A stretch of 64,000 nucleotides of DNA from the human T2T-CHM13v2.0 reference genome, Homo sapiens, in NCBI RefSeq assembly GCF_009914755.1, contig NC_060929.1. One strand, given 5' to 3'. Below the pieces are notes generated by a model that did not search any database, was not told the DNA's origin, and was given only the letters and a program-made list of their open reading frames with translations. The translations under genes were made by a program, and so were the position numbers. Below, piece by piece: positions 13,701-27,399 of this stretch. Within the stretch, counting starts at the first letter, position 1, and every line of letters begins with the position of its first letter.

Positions 13701-15999
13701 TAAGTTCATCTAGTCCTTTTCAAATAGAAAAACAACAAAACCCATGAAATGGAAAAGAGAGTTCCAAAAAAGAAGACCTGTTGATACTGAATATGAGAAC
13801 ATTACACTGCATAAAGATATCCAGCTTGGGTACCCTACTAAAACAACATCACCATCTTTTTCATTATATATTAGTAAACCTATGAAGGGATGATTCTTTA
13901 ATTTCTAAAGTGTTGTTCAAACTCACCTTAAAATACAGATGTTATGTCACTAATAATGAGTAGTAACCCAATTTAGCTTTACAAAGATTTTTTCTATTAC
14001 TTTATTTTTTTTATTGTGGTATATGTAACACAAGTTTACCATTTTTATCATCTTTAGATTATTTTTAAATCTCACTACCTTGAAGTTTGCCATGCTTCAG
14101 AAATTAAAGTCAAGTTACTTCACTGCTTTGAATACATACTATGGATATAAATGTAGGCAAAATGAAAGATTATGACTAATATTCAGATTCCATTTTCAAT
14201 AAGGTAAATAATGAAAGATCTCACAAAGGAATCATTGTGTTTAATTATTTTGCCATGTATTACTAATTGTATTTAAAATTTCTACTTCCCTTAGGCATTT
14301 TATAAAAATTTAAAAATTATTTTTCTATTTTGTTTAAAAGACAATGCATGGCTTTTCAAGTGAGTAATGAAGATAAAAACCAAGCTAGGTTAGTCTACCA
14401 TTAGTTCATATGTTTTTGTAGCACATCTTTTCATAACATACTGAAATTTTAATGTTTTTTGCCTTTAATAATAGGGGTGAGTGTTAAAGGCCAGAGAGCC
14501 TAACTTGATATCTTGCTCATGGTCTTTCTGTCTACCTCAACTCCTGTTGTCATCTTTGGATGATCTTTCTGATACCTTGCTGATACCTTGGACTTCTGCC
14601 CAGTGACTTTATTACATTCCAGCAGCTTACTCCCGTGGCCGCACTTTGAATGTCACCACCTTGAGTTTCTCTTTCTGGTAAAATTTCAGTAACTGATAAC
14701 TGCCCTCTTTTCAGTTTTTTCACTTCCTTATTTTATTGACTTTTCTCTCCTTTATGCTCATTCCACATTCTTCAGTTCCTTCTTACCCCCTTTTCTTGAC
14801 TGCTCCCCTTCCTCCTAAACTGTCAGCCCCTTTCAGGCTTTCTTCCCTATCCACCCTCAGCTTTATGGGATACTATATGAACTAATCTCACCAGTTATTC
14901 TTCTTTCCCTGGTCTTTTAGTCTAGTCCTTTGGCAAGCCCTCAACCTCAGATTAATCCTATTTATTATCTACCTTTTCGGGGATGCTGAGTTCTTTGTGA
15001 TGGGTAGTCCTTCAAAGTAGAATCACTACAAGTGTCTCACTTCAGCCTTAGAAAAGCCCTCAATGTAAACCTTATGTTTGTTACTAGGGTGGCCTCTCTC
15101 CCATTTCCCGCTGTGGCTGAGCCAAACTTCATTACTTTCCTTAGGCCCTCTGCCCCTCCCCTAGCATATGGCTCTTTCTCCTATTGAACAGAAAATTGAG
15201 ACTATGAAGAGGTCAACTTGTATTTACCAACTTTACTCATTTTCCCATTTTAGAGGAAAAGAGGTTGCCTGCTTCCTATCAAAGGCGACTCTGTGCTACA
15301 TGTTGGTTTCATCTTCGCTGTCTCTCTCATTTCCCCACAAAGTGTTGTCTCACTTTCTGCCTACCTTTTAGGTATTGATCTTCACTATATTTTTTTCTCT
15401 CTCTCTCTTTTTTTTTTTTACTTTACATATTTTATACAATGTCATTCATAACTATGGCTTCTTTTACCACCTGTAATAACAGACTGAGTCTCAAACCTGT
15501 AACTTGTATCCTGACTTATCTCTTGCTTTCTAAACCTTGTTTCTAACTGTCTATCAAATATCTTCATTAGACATCCCACAGTAATTTTAAGCTCAGTGTT
15601 TCCAAACGTCAAGTCCTCATCTGTTATATAAAATCCTTTCTGCTTTGTAAGTTTTCTCTTTTTGGGATTTTCCGCAGATCAGGGCAACACAGAATGACTA
15701 CCTTCCCAGCCATGTCTCTGCAGTCATCCTGTGTAATCATGTTCTAGTCCAGTGTTGCTCAAACAGTTAAAATCCAGGCTGCTTTTGGTAAACATACAAA
15801 TTCTGATATAGAGCCTCTGTGGCAAAGGGAATTTCTCAGTTCCTGCCCCAGCCCCCTTGTTTATCATTACACAGCTAAGATTTTTATTTAACTTAGCATT
15901 TTAGCAAGTTTTCTTATGAAAATACCTTTGTGCTTTCTAAGTATAAAGATTTAAATTATTTTTAATACGGTTTTTAGAACCACAGACTATCCCTCTTTT

Positions 16000-16366
16000 T
16001 AGAGCATCCTGATCAATTGCAAGTACTTCCACTTCTTCCCTAAATGCGCTTTGTGTGTTTTCCACCTCAGTAGCCTTGCACACATCATTACTTCTGCATC
16101 CTTCTTTGTGACCAAGTGAATACCTACCTACCTCTTAGGACTCAGCTTCAGTGATTCTGTTTTCATAGGCTTTTTAAAGCCCTTTTCAGTCAAATTAGAT
16201 GCTCCTTTGTTCTGGTCCTTTACTCTTCCCCTCCCATGTTGTCGCACTGATCACACTGCTTTGTAATTATTTTCTTTATTGTTGGTAAACTCCATATTTT
16301 AAAAATTTACCTGTATACATAGTGCTTAATGCATGGTAGGCCCTTAGTAATGTTTTTGAATTAATG
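16000..16366 (+). mobile_element. LINE-2 3' end remnant
   Basis: Ends gtgcttaatgcatggtaggcccttagtaatgtttttgaattaatga (L2 terminal motif); pyrimidine-rich L2-like body may extend further left. Confidence 0.55.
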
Positions 16367-16814
16367 AGGCATGATTCTAAATGCCAAACTTTGCACAAAA
16401 AGTTGTTGCTATTGGATTCCAAACTGCTATGCCCTCTATACCAGTGGCTGACAAGGCATATAGGGATATATGCCATCCTGAGAGGAGTAAAGTGTTTAGA
16501 TTCTGAACCTGAGAAAAGAGAACTTTCTCTTAAGAAGTTGGAAACTTCATTTTACCTTCGTGACCCTGGTAGACCACTTGGTCTCACTGGTTGGTACAAT
16601 TATGAGGGTAGTACTGGGTGCTTTTTATACAACTTTCCATCCCCCACACAGTTGGAGAATAATTTGTAGACCATGGCAGTTAAAATGCTTTTTACTCTGG
16701 TGTATTATAGAATAATGAACACATTTTTATATATGTTAAAGCCTGCTAAATCATTCACTTAGAATGAAGTAACCTCAAGGTACCAAATACCCCACATAAG
16801 GAAAGTACTACACT

Positions 16815-17060
16815 AAATTCACTCAACTATTGTATGCCTACCATATGCCAGATTTTATCCTAGACCCTGAGGATATAGCTTTTTAAAACCCCCTCCTGTT
16901 TCAGAGCTTATATTCTAGTGGAGGAAGTTAGACAAGCATTTTAAGTAATAAATGTATAGAGAGTGTCAAGTGATGAGTACCATGAAGAAGAATAAATGAG
17001 GGTAAGGGGCTAGTGTGATAGGGAGAGGGGTGGGATGCCATCATATTTAGGGGTGGTTGG
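16815..17060 (-). mobile_element. LINE-2 remnant
   Basis: attcactcaactattgtatgcctaccatatgccag...gagcttatattctagtggagga, the reverse L2 3' motif. Confidence 0.55.
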
Positions 17061-17094
17061 GAACTGTCTACTGCTTTAGCATTTGTGTCTTCAA

Positions 17095-17670
17095 ATTTCT
17101 CTCCTTTGGTTATATACCTTGCGTATTCCGCACATTGATAAAGTTTCTTTCTTACAGAAGTTCTGATATTGAATTAAGGAATGGGTCACTACTTAAGACT
17201 TTATCATTTCAGCTACACATAAAAGGTTTCTCTCCCCTATGGATTTTGCTAATGGTTGAGTGATACCTAAAGGCCTTGTTGCATTTTTTACACTTGGGGT
17301 TTCTCTTCGGTTTGAATTCTCTCATGGTTACCAAAACTCTGTTAAAGGACTTTTCACAGTCGTTAAATGTGTATGGCTCTTTCCCAATATGAATTTTTTT
17401 GATGTTAACTAGGCTTTTAGACTTAGTTAAAGACCTGTGTGCTCTGCTGCATTTATAGGGTTTTGGGCTGCTGAGAATAATTGATGCTGATTAAGGTGCA
17501 AATCATGACTAAAGACTTTTCTTTCTTCTTTTGCATATAGTAGAGTGAGGTGAGGGTCGTGGCTAAAACCCCACAATAACTTTACATTCCTAGCTTTACA
17601 GTCTTGCTGTGAATTCTCTGGTGTTCATTAAAGTGTGAGCTGTGTTAAAAGGCATTCTTAGATTCATTTT
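17095..17670 (-). pseudogene. Decayed C2H2 (Kruppel-type) zinc-finger array fragment, antisense in the RIMOC1 3'UTR
   Basis: Manual minus-strand translation gives AF*HSSHFNEHQRIHS, KVFSHDLHLNQHQ, KPYKC, KIHIGKEPYTFNDCEKSF, HERIQTEEKP, KCKKCNKAF, KIHRGEKPFMC, separated by frameshifts and stops. Confidence 0.75.
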
Positions 17671-18018
17671 AACCACATTTTTAAAAACTCACAGTTGGTT
17701 AACATGATGGTTTCAGATTGCTTGCCTCTTTTCTCTTTCTACCTTACAGGGCTCCTTTTCTAGCTTAAATAAGGGTACTCCATCTGCCACAGAATCCAGG
17801 ATTCTATAGTTTTTTAGTTTCACTTCCCTATGTTCTTTTTTTTTTTTTAATTTTTAACAATGAGATGATACCATGTTACAGCGGTATTACATTAAGATAC
17901 ATTTAATATAGCCACAATTAAAGTATGTATTATGTATTTATGCTGGTGTTCTTTCATGTTATTTCTTCTAGTGAAAATTTCCAAGTAAACTGTTATTGAG
18001 CATATACATTTTTAAAAA

Positions 18019-18024
18019 AATAAA
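18019..18024 (+). terminator. Poly(A) signal of RIMOC1
   Basis: AATAAA followed ~17 nt later by tgttgcttgttttatatttgg. Confidence 0.65.
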
Positions 18025-18159
18025 ACCATACACCCCTACTTGTTGCTTGTTTTATATTTGGCTGTTGCATCAGAATTAAAACTTTTATCATCTCAGTTTA
18101 CTATTTTAACTTCTGAATGTTATTTCTTCTGGTCCTAATAACTTTTAAAGATGGGGTAA

Positions 18160-18375
18160 TATAGTGGTTAGGATTCTGAGCTCTGGAGCCAGAAGGCCTG
18201 AGTTTAATCATAGCCCTGCCATTTATAATACTAACTGTGTGACTCTCTTTAAGTTATTTAATCTTCCTGTGCTGCCTTATCTTATTTTTAAGGCAGTAAT
18301 AGTACCTACCTCAAGGATATTGAAGATAAATAAGTTAATATTCAGAGTGCTTTAGTTCAGTGTGTAGTATATAAG
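18160..18375 (+). mobile_element. MIR SINE
   Basis: tagtggttagga...ctctggagccaga...ctgtgtgact...aagttatttaatct...aatagtacctacctca. Confidence 0.75.
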
Positions 18376-18980
18376 AGCACAAGAGAATTAGCTATTTCTA
18401 GACTGTTTCCCTTAATGTCTAGTTCTGTATATAGGCATACCTCATTTAGCATGCTGACTCATTAGCCAGACAATTGAATGACAAACTTGTTGGCCAGGAA
18501 AGCACTGCCTTTTCCTTAGTTCAAGTCATGCCGGTCTTTCTAGGTGGGAAGCAGACTTCAGAGAAGAAATCAGGACTTGGATAGGCATCTCAAATGTTTT
18601 TTGTGGATATGACTGGAAGAAAACATCCAATTAATTTTCAAAACATTTTCAGCCCTCCCTCAAAATATATATAAAACCCACTGTATTGAGATGTACTAGT
18701 CATCTAAATATGTTATACATATCCTATTTAAAACTGGATTTTTTAATCAGCCTGATTGCCTTGGCTTCTGATACCTTTTGGTCTAATTCTTAACTCACAA
18801 GTCAGAAGCATTCAATGAAATACTGGTTATTTAAATTTAAATACTATACTTAAAAATAGGTTATTCTAAATCCTTGTATAGCCACATGATTGAGTAGTAT
18901 GTACCTGTAAAAATCCATGAGGTATATTTCTGTTTAACGCTACAGAGTGGTCTTATTAAGTAAAAACAAAATGGAGAAGG

Positions 18981-19015
<35 letters not shown>

Positions 19016-19017
19016 AT
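18981..19017. repeat. (TA)n(TG)n microsatellite
   Basis: Seen directly in the sequence. Confidence 0.9.
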
Positions 19018-19966
19018 GTATCATATTTAAGAAAGGGAATATAAAAGTGCGTGTGTGTGTGTAGTTAAAAAAAAGAAACAATGGACCCATAACCAAAACT
19101 TTAAAAAATGGTTACTTATGGTGGAGGCAGGAGGAGAGGAACCAGATGGAAAGGACCAGGATGGAAGCTAGATTTCTCAGAATATATCTTGAATTTTCAA
19201 CATTTGACTTTGGTACATATGTTATTCTAAAACGAGATTTAAGCAAAGTTAAGAAAAGCCCTACAAGTCCAAAGCAAAATGAAACAGACGACCTGCATTG
19301 CATATCAAGTTGATGGCTTGAATACACAGGTATGTTTCAGTTATCTTTAAAGCATAGTAATTTGTATGTCCATTCTTAATGGGATATATCCAAGGGCAAA
19401 AAGAAATGTGAAGAAATCTTAAACTCTTCAGTAATTAAATTGTTAATCATAACTATGTTAATATAATTAGAAATGAGGATTTTTAGTGTATGAGAAAAGA
19501 TACATACAAAATCAAAGAGTAAAAACAATCTGTAATCCTAAATTTGAATGGGAAATAACACGAAGTTATGTTTTCTCTATATAAAAGACACTAGAAAGGC
19601 CTGGAAACCATGTTCAAATACCATTCCCGTCAAAATGAGCCAGAGTTTTCTGGAAATATAGCTAATTCTGGCTTGAGCAGGACAATCAAATGACTGACGG
19701 AAAATTTTTCTTTAATTCAGCTAATAAAAGGAATTATAGAACTAGAATACTAACATTTTATAACTTGTAAGCAAATAATATTCATTGATAAATGCTCTAT
19801 CTTTGAGGTGAAAAACTTACAGGAAATTTGAATGGATCAGCCCAGTGAAACCACTGATCACTCCGAACATTAGAAAATGAGAATGACTTGTAGCTTTCAG
19901 TCTCAGTATATAATACCATTTACGAATGTGTTAAAGACACTATTGAGATGCCATTAATAGTGTGCA

Positions 19967-20105
19967 GGCCGTGTTCAGTGGGTCACACTTGTAATCCTAG
20001 CACTTTGGAAGGCCACAGCAGGAGGATCACTTGAGCCTGGGAGGTCGAGACCAGCCTGGAAAACATGGTGAAACTCCATCTCTACTAACAAAAAAAAAAA
20101 AAAAA
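19967..20105 (+). mobile_element. Alu monomer (FLAM-like)
   Basis: Left-arm Alu sequence followed directly by an A tail. Confidence 0.8.
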
Positions 20106-21499
20106 GAAGAAGAAGAATATAGAAAAAAGAAAGTCCAGAGTGGTCCAGAAAGACCAACCTGCTTTCTTTAACAAATATCAAGGGAAAATAAAGGAGGGGG
20201 AGCTATACAATGAAACTTAAGCTTTAAGAGTATCCGTAATGTGTGACCCTTGTTGGGCTATGATTCAAACAAATCAAATGTGAAAAATTATTTTCAAAGC
20301 AGATGGGGAAGTTAAACACTGACTCGGTATTTGGTGATTTTAATGAATTAAAATTGCTTAGGTACAGTGGTCTGTTTCTTAAAATCTGTTTTTTTTAGGG
20401 ACGGATACTGAGATATTTACAGATGATAGGTCTGGGATTTGTTTCAAAAGGATCCAGAATTGGGGGTGTAGTATTAGGTGAGTATAGCAACAGCACAAGA
20501 TTAACCAGGTGTTGGTAATGGAATCTTGGATACTGGGCACACAGGAGCATATTATTCACTCTCCTTTTATAAATGTTCAAAATTTTCCGTAATAAAGTTT
20601 TTCTCATTCATTTAACAGATATCATTTTAATACTTTATACTTGAACTGATTTTTTTTCTTGCTCTAGTTCGTTTTTTGCTCTCAAAGTAAATCGTGTCCT
20701 AGAAAGTGATGAGAAATGCCATATGGTTAATCCGTGGTCCTTGTCCAGATTGCCTCCCAAAAACGAGGCTGCAATTTTATTGGTTATTGGCCCCTACCAA
20801 CAACATGCAAATAATAAAATGTAATGAAACTTAAACTTGTATGTTACAGAGCCTTGCAGAACCTTAGTTATCAGGCTTTCTTGGATTCTGTTGACATTTA
20901 GATCCTCAGAGATTTACTTTTTGAATGTATACATACCCAGTTCTATGTAACAGATTAACTTGTAATACGTTCTCTTAAAGCACTTTTAAAGTAAGCCCAA
21001 AGTAAGTAGAATGGGCATCTGGTTTGAGAATTAAAAAACTCACTAGTGGGATTTCAACACCACCACATCTGGGTTCTTCTAGCCGTTTTTTGCCGCCCTT
21101 GCAAATTTTAAATGTGCTTATATTTTTGCATAGTGGGTCCAGACTTCTCATTTTGGCAAAAGGTTCTTTGTAATTGGCCCGCTGACTGCCTCTCTAGTCT
21201 GTTTTTGCTGATACTCAAGAAAATAAATGGTAACTTGGTGATTGAGGAAATAACACACACAAAAAACACCCCATACGTAGTATGGTAGTGCTGAAAAGGA
21301 AGCAAGTGGTTATTAAGCCCAAGACAGTGGCAGAGGTCTATCGAACAAGCGGAGTCGCCTAGGACCAGGCATAGTGGAAATGATCCCGGAGAGAACATCT
21401 TGAATGAAGCCAGGAAGTCAGCGGGCCAGAGGTTGTACAGGGGCTCTGCGGTTGGCGTGGCTGAGGTTGAGGCCACAAGTTACTGGGGAAGTTAATTGT

Positions 21500-22150
21500 T
21501 GACAGGAGCTTCGTACTCGGCTCACAGCCACGCACAGTGGGCTTCCTCCCAGTACCCGCCCTTGCCCCTGGGCCTAACCCTGCCCTGGAGGCGGACTCGC
21601 GGGAGAAGCGGGAGGCGGAACGCCCGAGGGCGCCCTCGGCTGGCGCGGAGCTGCGCAGGAGGCTGACGCGCTAGCGTGGCTCTAAGACGCGTCACCCACG
21701 CTGCGGGCAAGCCATGGCGGGAAGCGAGCCGCGCAGCGGAACAAACTCGCCGCCGCCGCCCTTCAGCGACTGGGGCCGCCTGGAGGCGGCCATCCTCAGC
21801 GGCTGGAAGACCTTCTGGCAGTCAGTGAGCAAGGAGAGGGTGGCGCGTACGACCTCACGGGAGGAGGTGGATGAGGCGGCCAGCACCCTGACGCGGCTGC
21901 CGGTGAGCGTCGGCCGCAGGCCGCGGAGGACAGTGGGGCCGGCCCGGGCCGGAGGGACCTCCCCTGGAGCCCCCCGGGGCCTGGGGAACTCTCGCGCCCC
22001 GGCCTGGGTCTGGCTCCGTCCATGCAGCCATTCCTGGCAGTGTAGTCACCGAGAAGCTACAGTTGATCAGAAGCGTCTTGGCGTGGACCCTGGTGCTCCG
22101 CAGGGGGCCCGAACATCTCAGGGAAGCACCTTCATGGGGCCCCTGGGGAC
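21500..22150 (+). promoter_or_regulatory. CpG-island promoter of FBXO4
   Basis: Dense CpG/GC block with GC boxes (cccgccc, ggaggcgg) around the ATG at 21714. Confidence 0.85.
21714..21902 (+). CDS. FBXO4: FBXO4 (F-box only protein 4, SCF substrate receptor) coding exon 1
   Basis: gccATGG; MAGSEPRSGTNSPPPPFSDWGRLE...STLTRLP|gtgagc; 189 nt. The seven exons join to 387 aa. Confidence 0.96.
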
Positions 22151-22695
22151 CCTCCCGATCGCCCTCAGGTTTTCCACCCGCCAAAACAGGCACATGTGAC
22201 TAGGACACCCTGAATGTCCGGTTACGGAAATGAGACAGTTCCCAACTTGCTGATTAGCTTGGGAAAGCATTCCAGCGTCCCTGTTCCCAGCGTCTTTGAT
22301 TCCGGATCACTGTACCAAAACACTTGGAGGGCCAAGGTTTTTACCCTCTCAAGAGGACATTGTGCCTGTGGCTGTTATTGTGTATTTGAAGAAACAAAAC
22401 GGCCCCTCAGTTGAAAATAAATGACTTAAGTTACAAGTGCCTCAAGTTACATCAAGGCCACGAGAATGACACACATAACTTATTGTTAAACTTTGGGGTA
22501 GATAGGTAAATGAAGAGAACAAAAATTATTGAAAATTATTACAATTCTTTGTCTCATTTGGACTATTGACACCTCTCTCCAATGTGTATATCAACGTGAA
22601 AGCTGCAGGTTTAGAATGCCTCCAAGTTTCTCCTTGCAGAGGTTTTTCATAACATTTTAATAGATTCTGTAGAGGAACTAAGATGACAAATTTAC

Positions 22696-23026
<331 letters not shown>

Positions 23027-23416
23027 TCAGATAAAGGTTGATATGGGTTTTATTTTGAAGGACAAATTATTTCCTTAACTAATTTATGTAACTAACTGGT
23101 ATATCCAAATATCTCTGAGGAAAAATTAAAGGAACTGGTGATTTTGCTGGAAAAATAGCAAGACAGTGGTTGCTTTTTCAGGAATGTTTCAGGTGTTTCA
23201 GAAATTAAATGTTTAACAACTACGAAACTAAAATGTTCAGTTATGATCCTTTGCTGATAGCAGGAAAATAATAGATTTAATTATTAATGGTAGATTTAGT
23301 TATTAAAAATACTAGTCAGTTGACCTTTTGTTATTTATTTGTTGATTATGTGGTTTATCACCCAAAAACTATTTTCTTCATTCCTTTTTCCTACCTGCTG
23401 CTTTCTTCTGTTTCAG

Positions 23417-23652
23417 ATTGATGTACAGCTATATATTTTGTCCTTTCTTTCACCTCATGATCTGTGTCAGTTGGGAAGTACAAATCATTATTGGAATGAA
23501 ACTGTAAGAGATCCAATTCTGTGGAGATACTTTTTGTTGAGGGATCTTCCTTCTTGGTCTTCTGTTGACTGGAAGTCTCTTCCAGATCTAGAAATCTTAA
23601 AAAAGCCTATATCTGAGGTCACTGATGGTGCATTTTTTGACTACATGGCAGT
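23417..23652 (+). CDS. FBXO4: FBXO4 exon 2 (most of the F-box)
   Basis: tgtttcag|ATT; IDVQLYILSFLSPHDLCQLGSTNHYWNETVRDPILWR...DYMA GT|gtaagt; 236 nt; F-box motif LP.D....ILSFL. Confidence 0.96.
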
Positions 23653-24634
23653 GTAAGTATCTAGTTTTATGAATTAAAAAGAAGCTATTAAATTTTCCTG
23701 TATTACTAGTCAATATCCAAGTTAATCCTGACCCTGCTACTGATTTGTTGCGTGGATTTGGGGTCTAATTGTTCTCGTCAAAACTGGGAGTTAAATGACT
23801 TCCTTCATAGGACCCTTTCAGCTTTAATATTTTATTATTTCCCTGTGGTGCCTAACCAGTATTTGAATAATTATAAGTAGTATAGATGGCAAGAAGTAAA
23901 AGCCTTCTTAAAAGTCTCATGATCTTTAGAACAATTGTCATTTTGTTAAATAAGTAAATACTTTTCCGTATTCAGAAAAAGGATGATCAGAGACCCCTGT
24001 TGTTTGGCAGGGAAGAAGAAAACCATTCTAAAGGCTCTGAGAAATAAGATTATATTAGCACCGAAAAGCACTGACATTTTTTAATATTGCGTAGGTGAGA
24101 TAATTAATGTTACTGAGCAACTGCAGTGTACTGGATTCTACGAGGGATGCTTTATGTATGTTTTACTCATTTAATCCTCATGCAACAAGAAGGTGTTATC
24201 TTTGTATCCCAGATGTGGAATTAAGGTTCATGGAGGTTATGTGATTTGCCTAAAGTCATATAGCTTGTAAGGGACTATTCAGACTGGAACCCCATTATGC
24301 TACCTCAAAGATATATAATGACATTATATATCTGGATATAGCTTGTTTTTCTGAGAAACTCAAATTTAACGCATTATTTTAAAAATTTCAAAATATTTAT
24401 TCTTTAAAAATTGTTGTGCTTGACTCAGTAGCAAAATACAGAATTTTTTTTTCAAATTTTGAGTTATTCAGAGCCTTTCCTTATTCTAATACAGATGCCA
24501 TTATGTCAAGTGTTGTGAGACTATTTGATTCAAAGGTGTGTTGTCTGTTATAGATAATCTCAGCAAGTGCTGCTGTATCTCACTTGCTAGGCAATACCTG
24601 TACAATAGCTAACCATTGCATCAAGTGTATATGA

Positions 24635-25037
<403 letters not shown>

Positions 25038-25569
25038 AACCCTGAGTTATTTCTGTTGCTCAAATAATACAGATGAAGAAACTGAAATTCAGACTGTAAG
25101 TGGCTCATATAACTAAAAGTAGTGAGGCTTGGTCAGGTCTATCCAGCTTCAAAGTTGTTTTGTGTTTGTTTTTTCCCCTTCATGAGTTACAAGGTTTCTA
25201 ATAAAAGGATTTTGTTAGGTTAGTGATTTTGTTAACCAGCTTGACTTATTTGAAGGACTTTAGGTTTTATTTTGATTTGGGCAACTTTTAATTTTTGATA
25301 AAATGCATAATTGGTACTTTAGAGATTTATAGCTATTGCAAGAAACGGAATTGTTTTACATCATTCTTAGTTTGCTAGGTTTGCTGCAAGGATCATTTGA
25401 GCCTCCCTCATTTAACTCTTACTAAACTGTTATATTTGAGGCTATTAATAGAAGTACCCAAGACATTTGAAATTTGGTTATATTGGTAGTGTTAGCAATT
25501 TTTTTGGTTTGTTTGTTTTTTACCTGTAGGGATATTGTGCTAACTATCTGTGTGTAGCTTATCTTTAGT

Positions 25570-25783
25570 GCTGAGTTTCTCAATCTTGGCACTATTGACA
25601 TTTTGAGCCAAATAATTCTTTGTTCTGGGGCCTGCCCTATGCATTGTAGGATTAATGTTTAGCAGCATCCTTGGCCTCTGCTAACTTCTTCTCCCCTCCC
25701 CAGTTGTGACAATAAACTTGTTGTTCAGACATTGCCAAATGTTCCAGGGGGGCAGGGATAAACCTCCTAGGGTTGAGAACCTT
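25570..25783. mobile_element. MER20-like hAT DNA transposon
   Basis: ttctcaatcttggcactattgacatttt...cagacattgccaaatg...ggttgagaacc, with terminal inverted ends. Confidence 0.8.
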
Positions 25784-26100
25784 TATGTAGTAAAATTTCA
25801 CCATTCAAATGTTCCATGAGAGAATCTAAATTAAAGATTAGAAAGTAAGTAACCACTTCATGGGGGAAGAGTTCCTTAGCTTCTGGGCCACTCCCACCCC
25901 CATGGCACCTTGTGCTTTTCCCTGTCAGAGCACTCCACATACATATTATAAAGGTGTCTGTCTATTGTTCTCCTGGAGGATTGGGACTATATAATCATTG
26001 TATCCATTGTGTCTAGCAAGTACTCAATAAATTATATATTTTTGAATGAATAACTGGCTGTTTTCTGTGTTAATGTTCTAATTGTGACAATTTTTTACAG

Positions 26101-26321
26101 CTATAGAATGTGCTGTCCATACACAAGAAGAGCTTCAAAATCCAGCCGTCCTATGTATGGAGCTGTCACTTCTTTTTTACACTCCCTGATCATTCAGAAT
26201 GAACCACGATTTGCTATGTTTGGACCAGGTTTGGAAGAATTGAATACCTCTTTGGTGTTGAGCTTGATGTCTTCAGAGGAACTTTGCCCAACAGCTGGTT
26301 TGCCTCAGAGGCAGATTGATG
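26101..26321 (+). CDS. FBXO4: FBXO4 exon 3
   Basis: ttttacag|C TAT; YRMCCPYTRRASKSSRPMYGAVTSFLHSLIIQNEPRFAMFGPGLE...RQID G|gtaatt; 221 nt. Confidence 0.95.
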
Positions 26322-27054
26322 GTAATTTTCATGTTAATCTACAGTTAATTCAAACACTTTGAGCTTGACATTCTTGTTAAAAAGAAAGAAATTCATTTTA
26401 AATTAATTATTTGCTATAATGAAGTACAGTACTTTGGTTGTTGGGAGCCCTACCAGGTTCCACTGAACTGACAGAATTAATTTACTTACTATAAGAAAGC
26501 TTCCTCTTAATTCCTCAAATTTGTACAATCCAGCCTTTAAGATTATGTGAAAATAAATTATTTGTTGTCAAGATGTTGCATTTGTACAGTGGGATATCAT
26601 ATTTATCATGTTTGAAAAAGCAGAAAAAATTGAGCATCTGTGTGGAGAGTATTTTGATATGTATTGGAATTCAAAAGATTTAAATCATCACCTTCCCCTC
26701 TTTCTATTAAAAAAAAATGCATAAATATTTGGCAAGGCAGGATAAATAGTAAATGTAAGTAATAATAAAATTTAGCCTTTGCTTTACTTATTTATTGAGA
26801 GCCAGCCCCTATAAGTGAGATGATAGGGATGCAGATTTAGAACAATGTCTCTGTTTGCCTTCAAGATAGGTGTAGGTGAGGACATAGACAAGTGTACAGA
26901 TAACTAGAATATGATGTATTTAGTTCCTGGGTAGAAAGGTAACGGTCAAAGAAGGCTCCATATTGATGATGTCTCATATGAGTCACTAGGGTGAATAGTT
27001 GTAGGCCATCACAAAAAGACAGTAAAGGTGTTCCAGGCAGCGAGAACTACATTT

Positions 27055-27360
27055 TTTTCTTTCTTTCTTTCTTTCTTTTTTTTTTTTTTTGAGATGGAGT
27101 CTCACTCAGTTGCCCAGGCTGGAGTGCAGTGGCGCGATCTCGGCTCACTGCCAGCTCCGCCTCCCGGGTTCACACCATTCTCCCGAGTAGCTGGGACTAC
27201 AGGCGCCCACCACTACGCCTGGCTAATTTTTTTGGTATTTTTAGTAGAGACGGGGTTTCACTGTGTTAGCCAGGATGGTCTCGATCTCATGACCTCGTGA
27301 TCCGCCCACCTGGGTCTCCCAAAGTGCTGGGATTACAGGCGTGAGCCACCGCGCCCGGCG
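27055..27360 (-). mobile_element. AluY-like with a small internal deletion
   Basis: Reverse Alu; TSD gagaactacattt. Confidence 0.9.
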
Positions 27361-27399
27361 GAGAACTACATTTCTAAAAGCACAAAGCTCTGGATGTAG

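Larger units (their letters stand above)
13701..18040 (+). other. RIMOC1: RIMOC1 long 3'UTR (distal end inferred)
   Basis: AATAAA at 18019-18024 followed by a GU-rich element; consistent with my recollection of a ~17 kb gene span. Confidence 0.65.

Noticed and set aside
21108-22199. Antisense ORFs and the 161-aa extension of FBXO4 exon 1
   Set aside because: CpG-island artefacts; a good donor at 21902/21903 explains the real frame.
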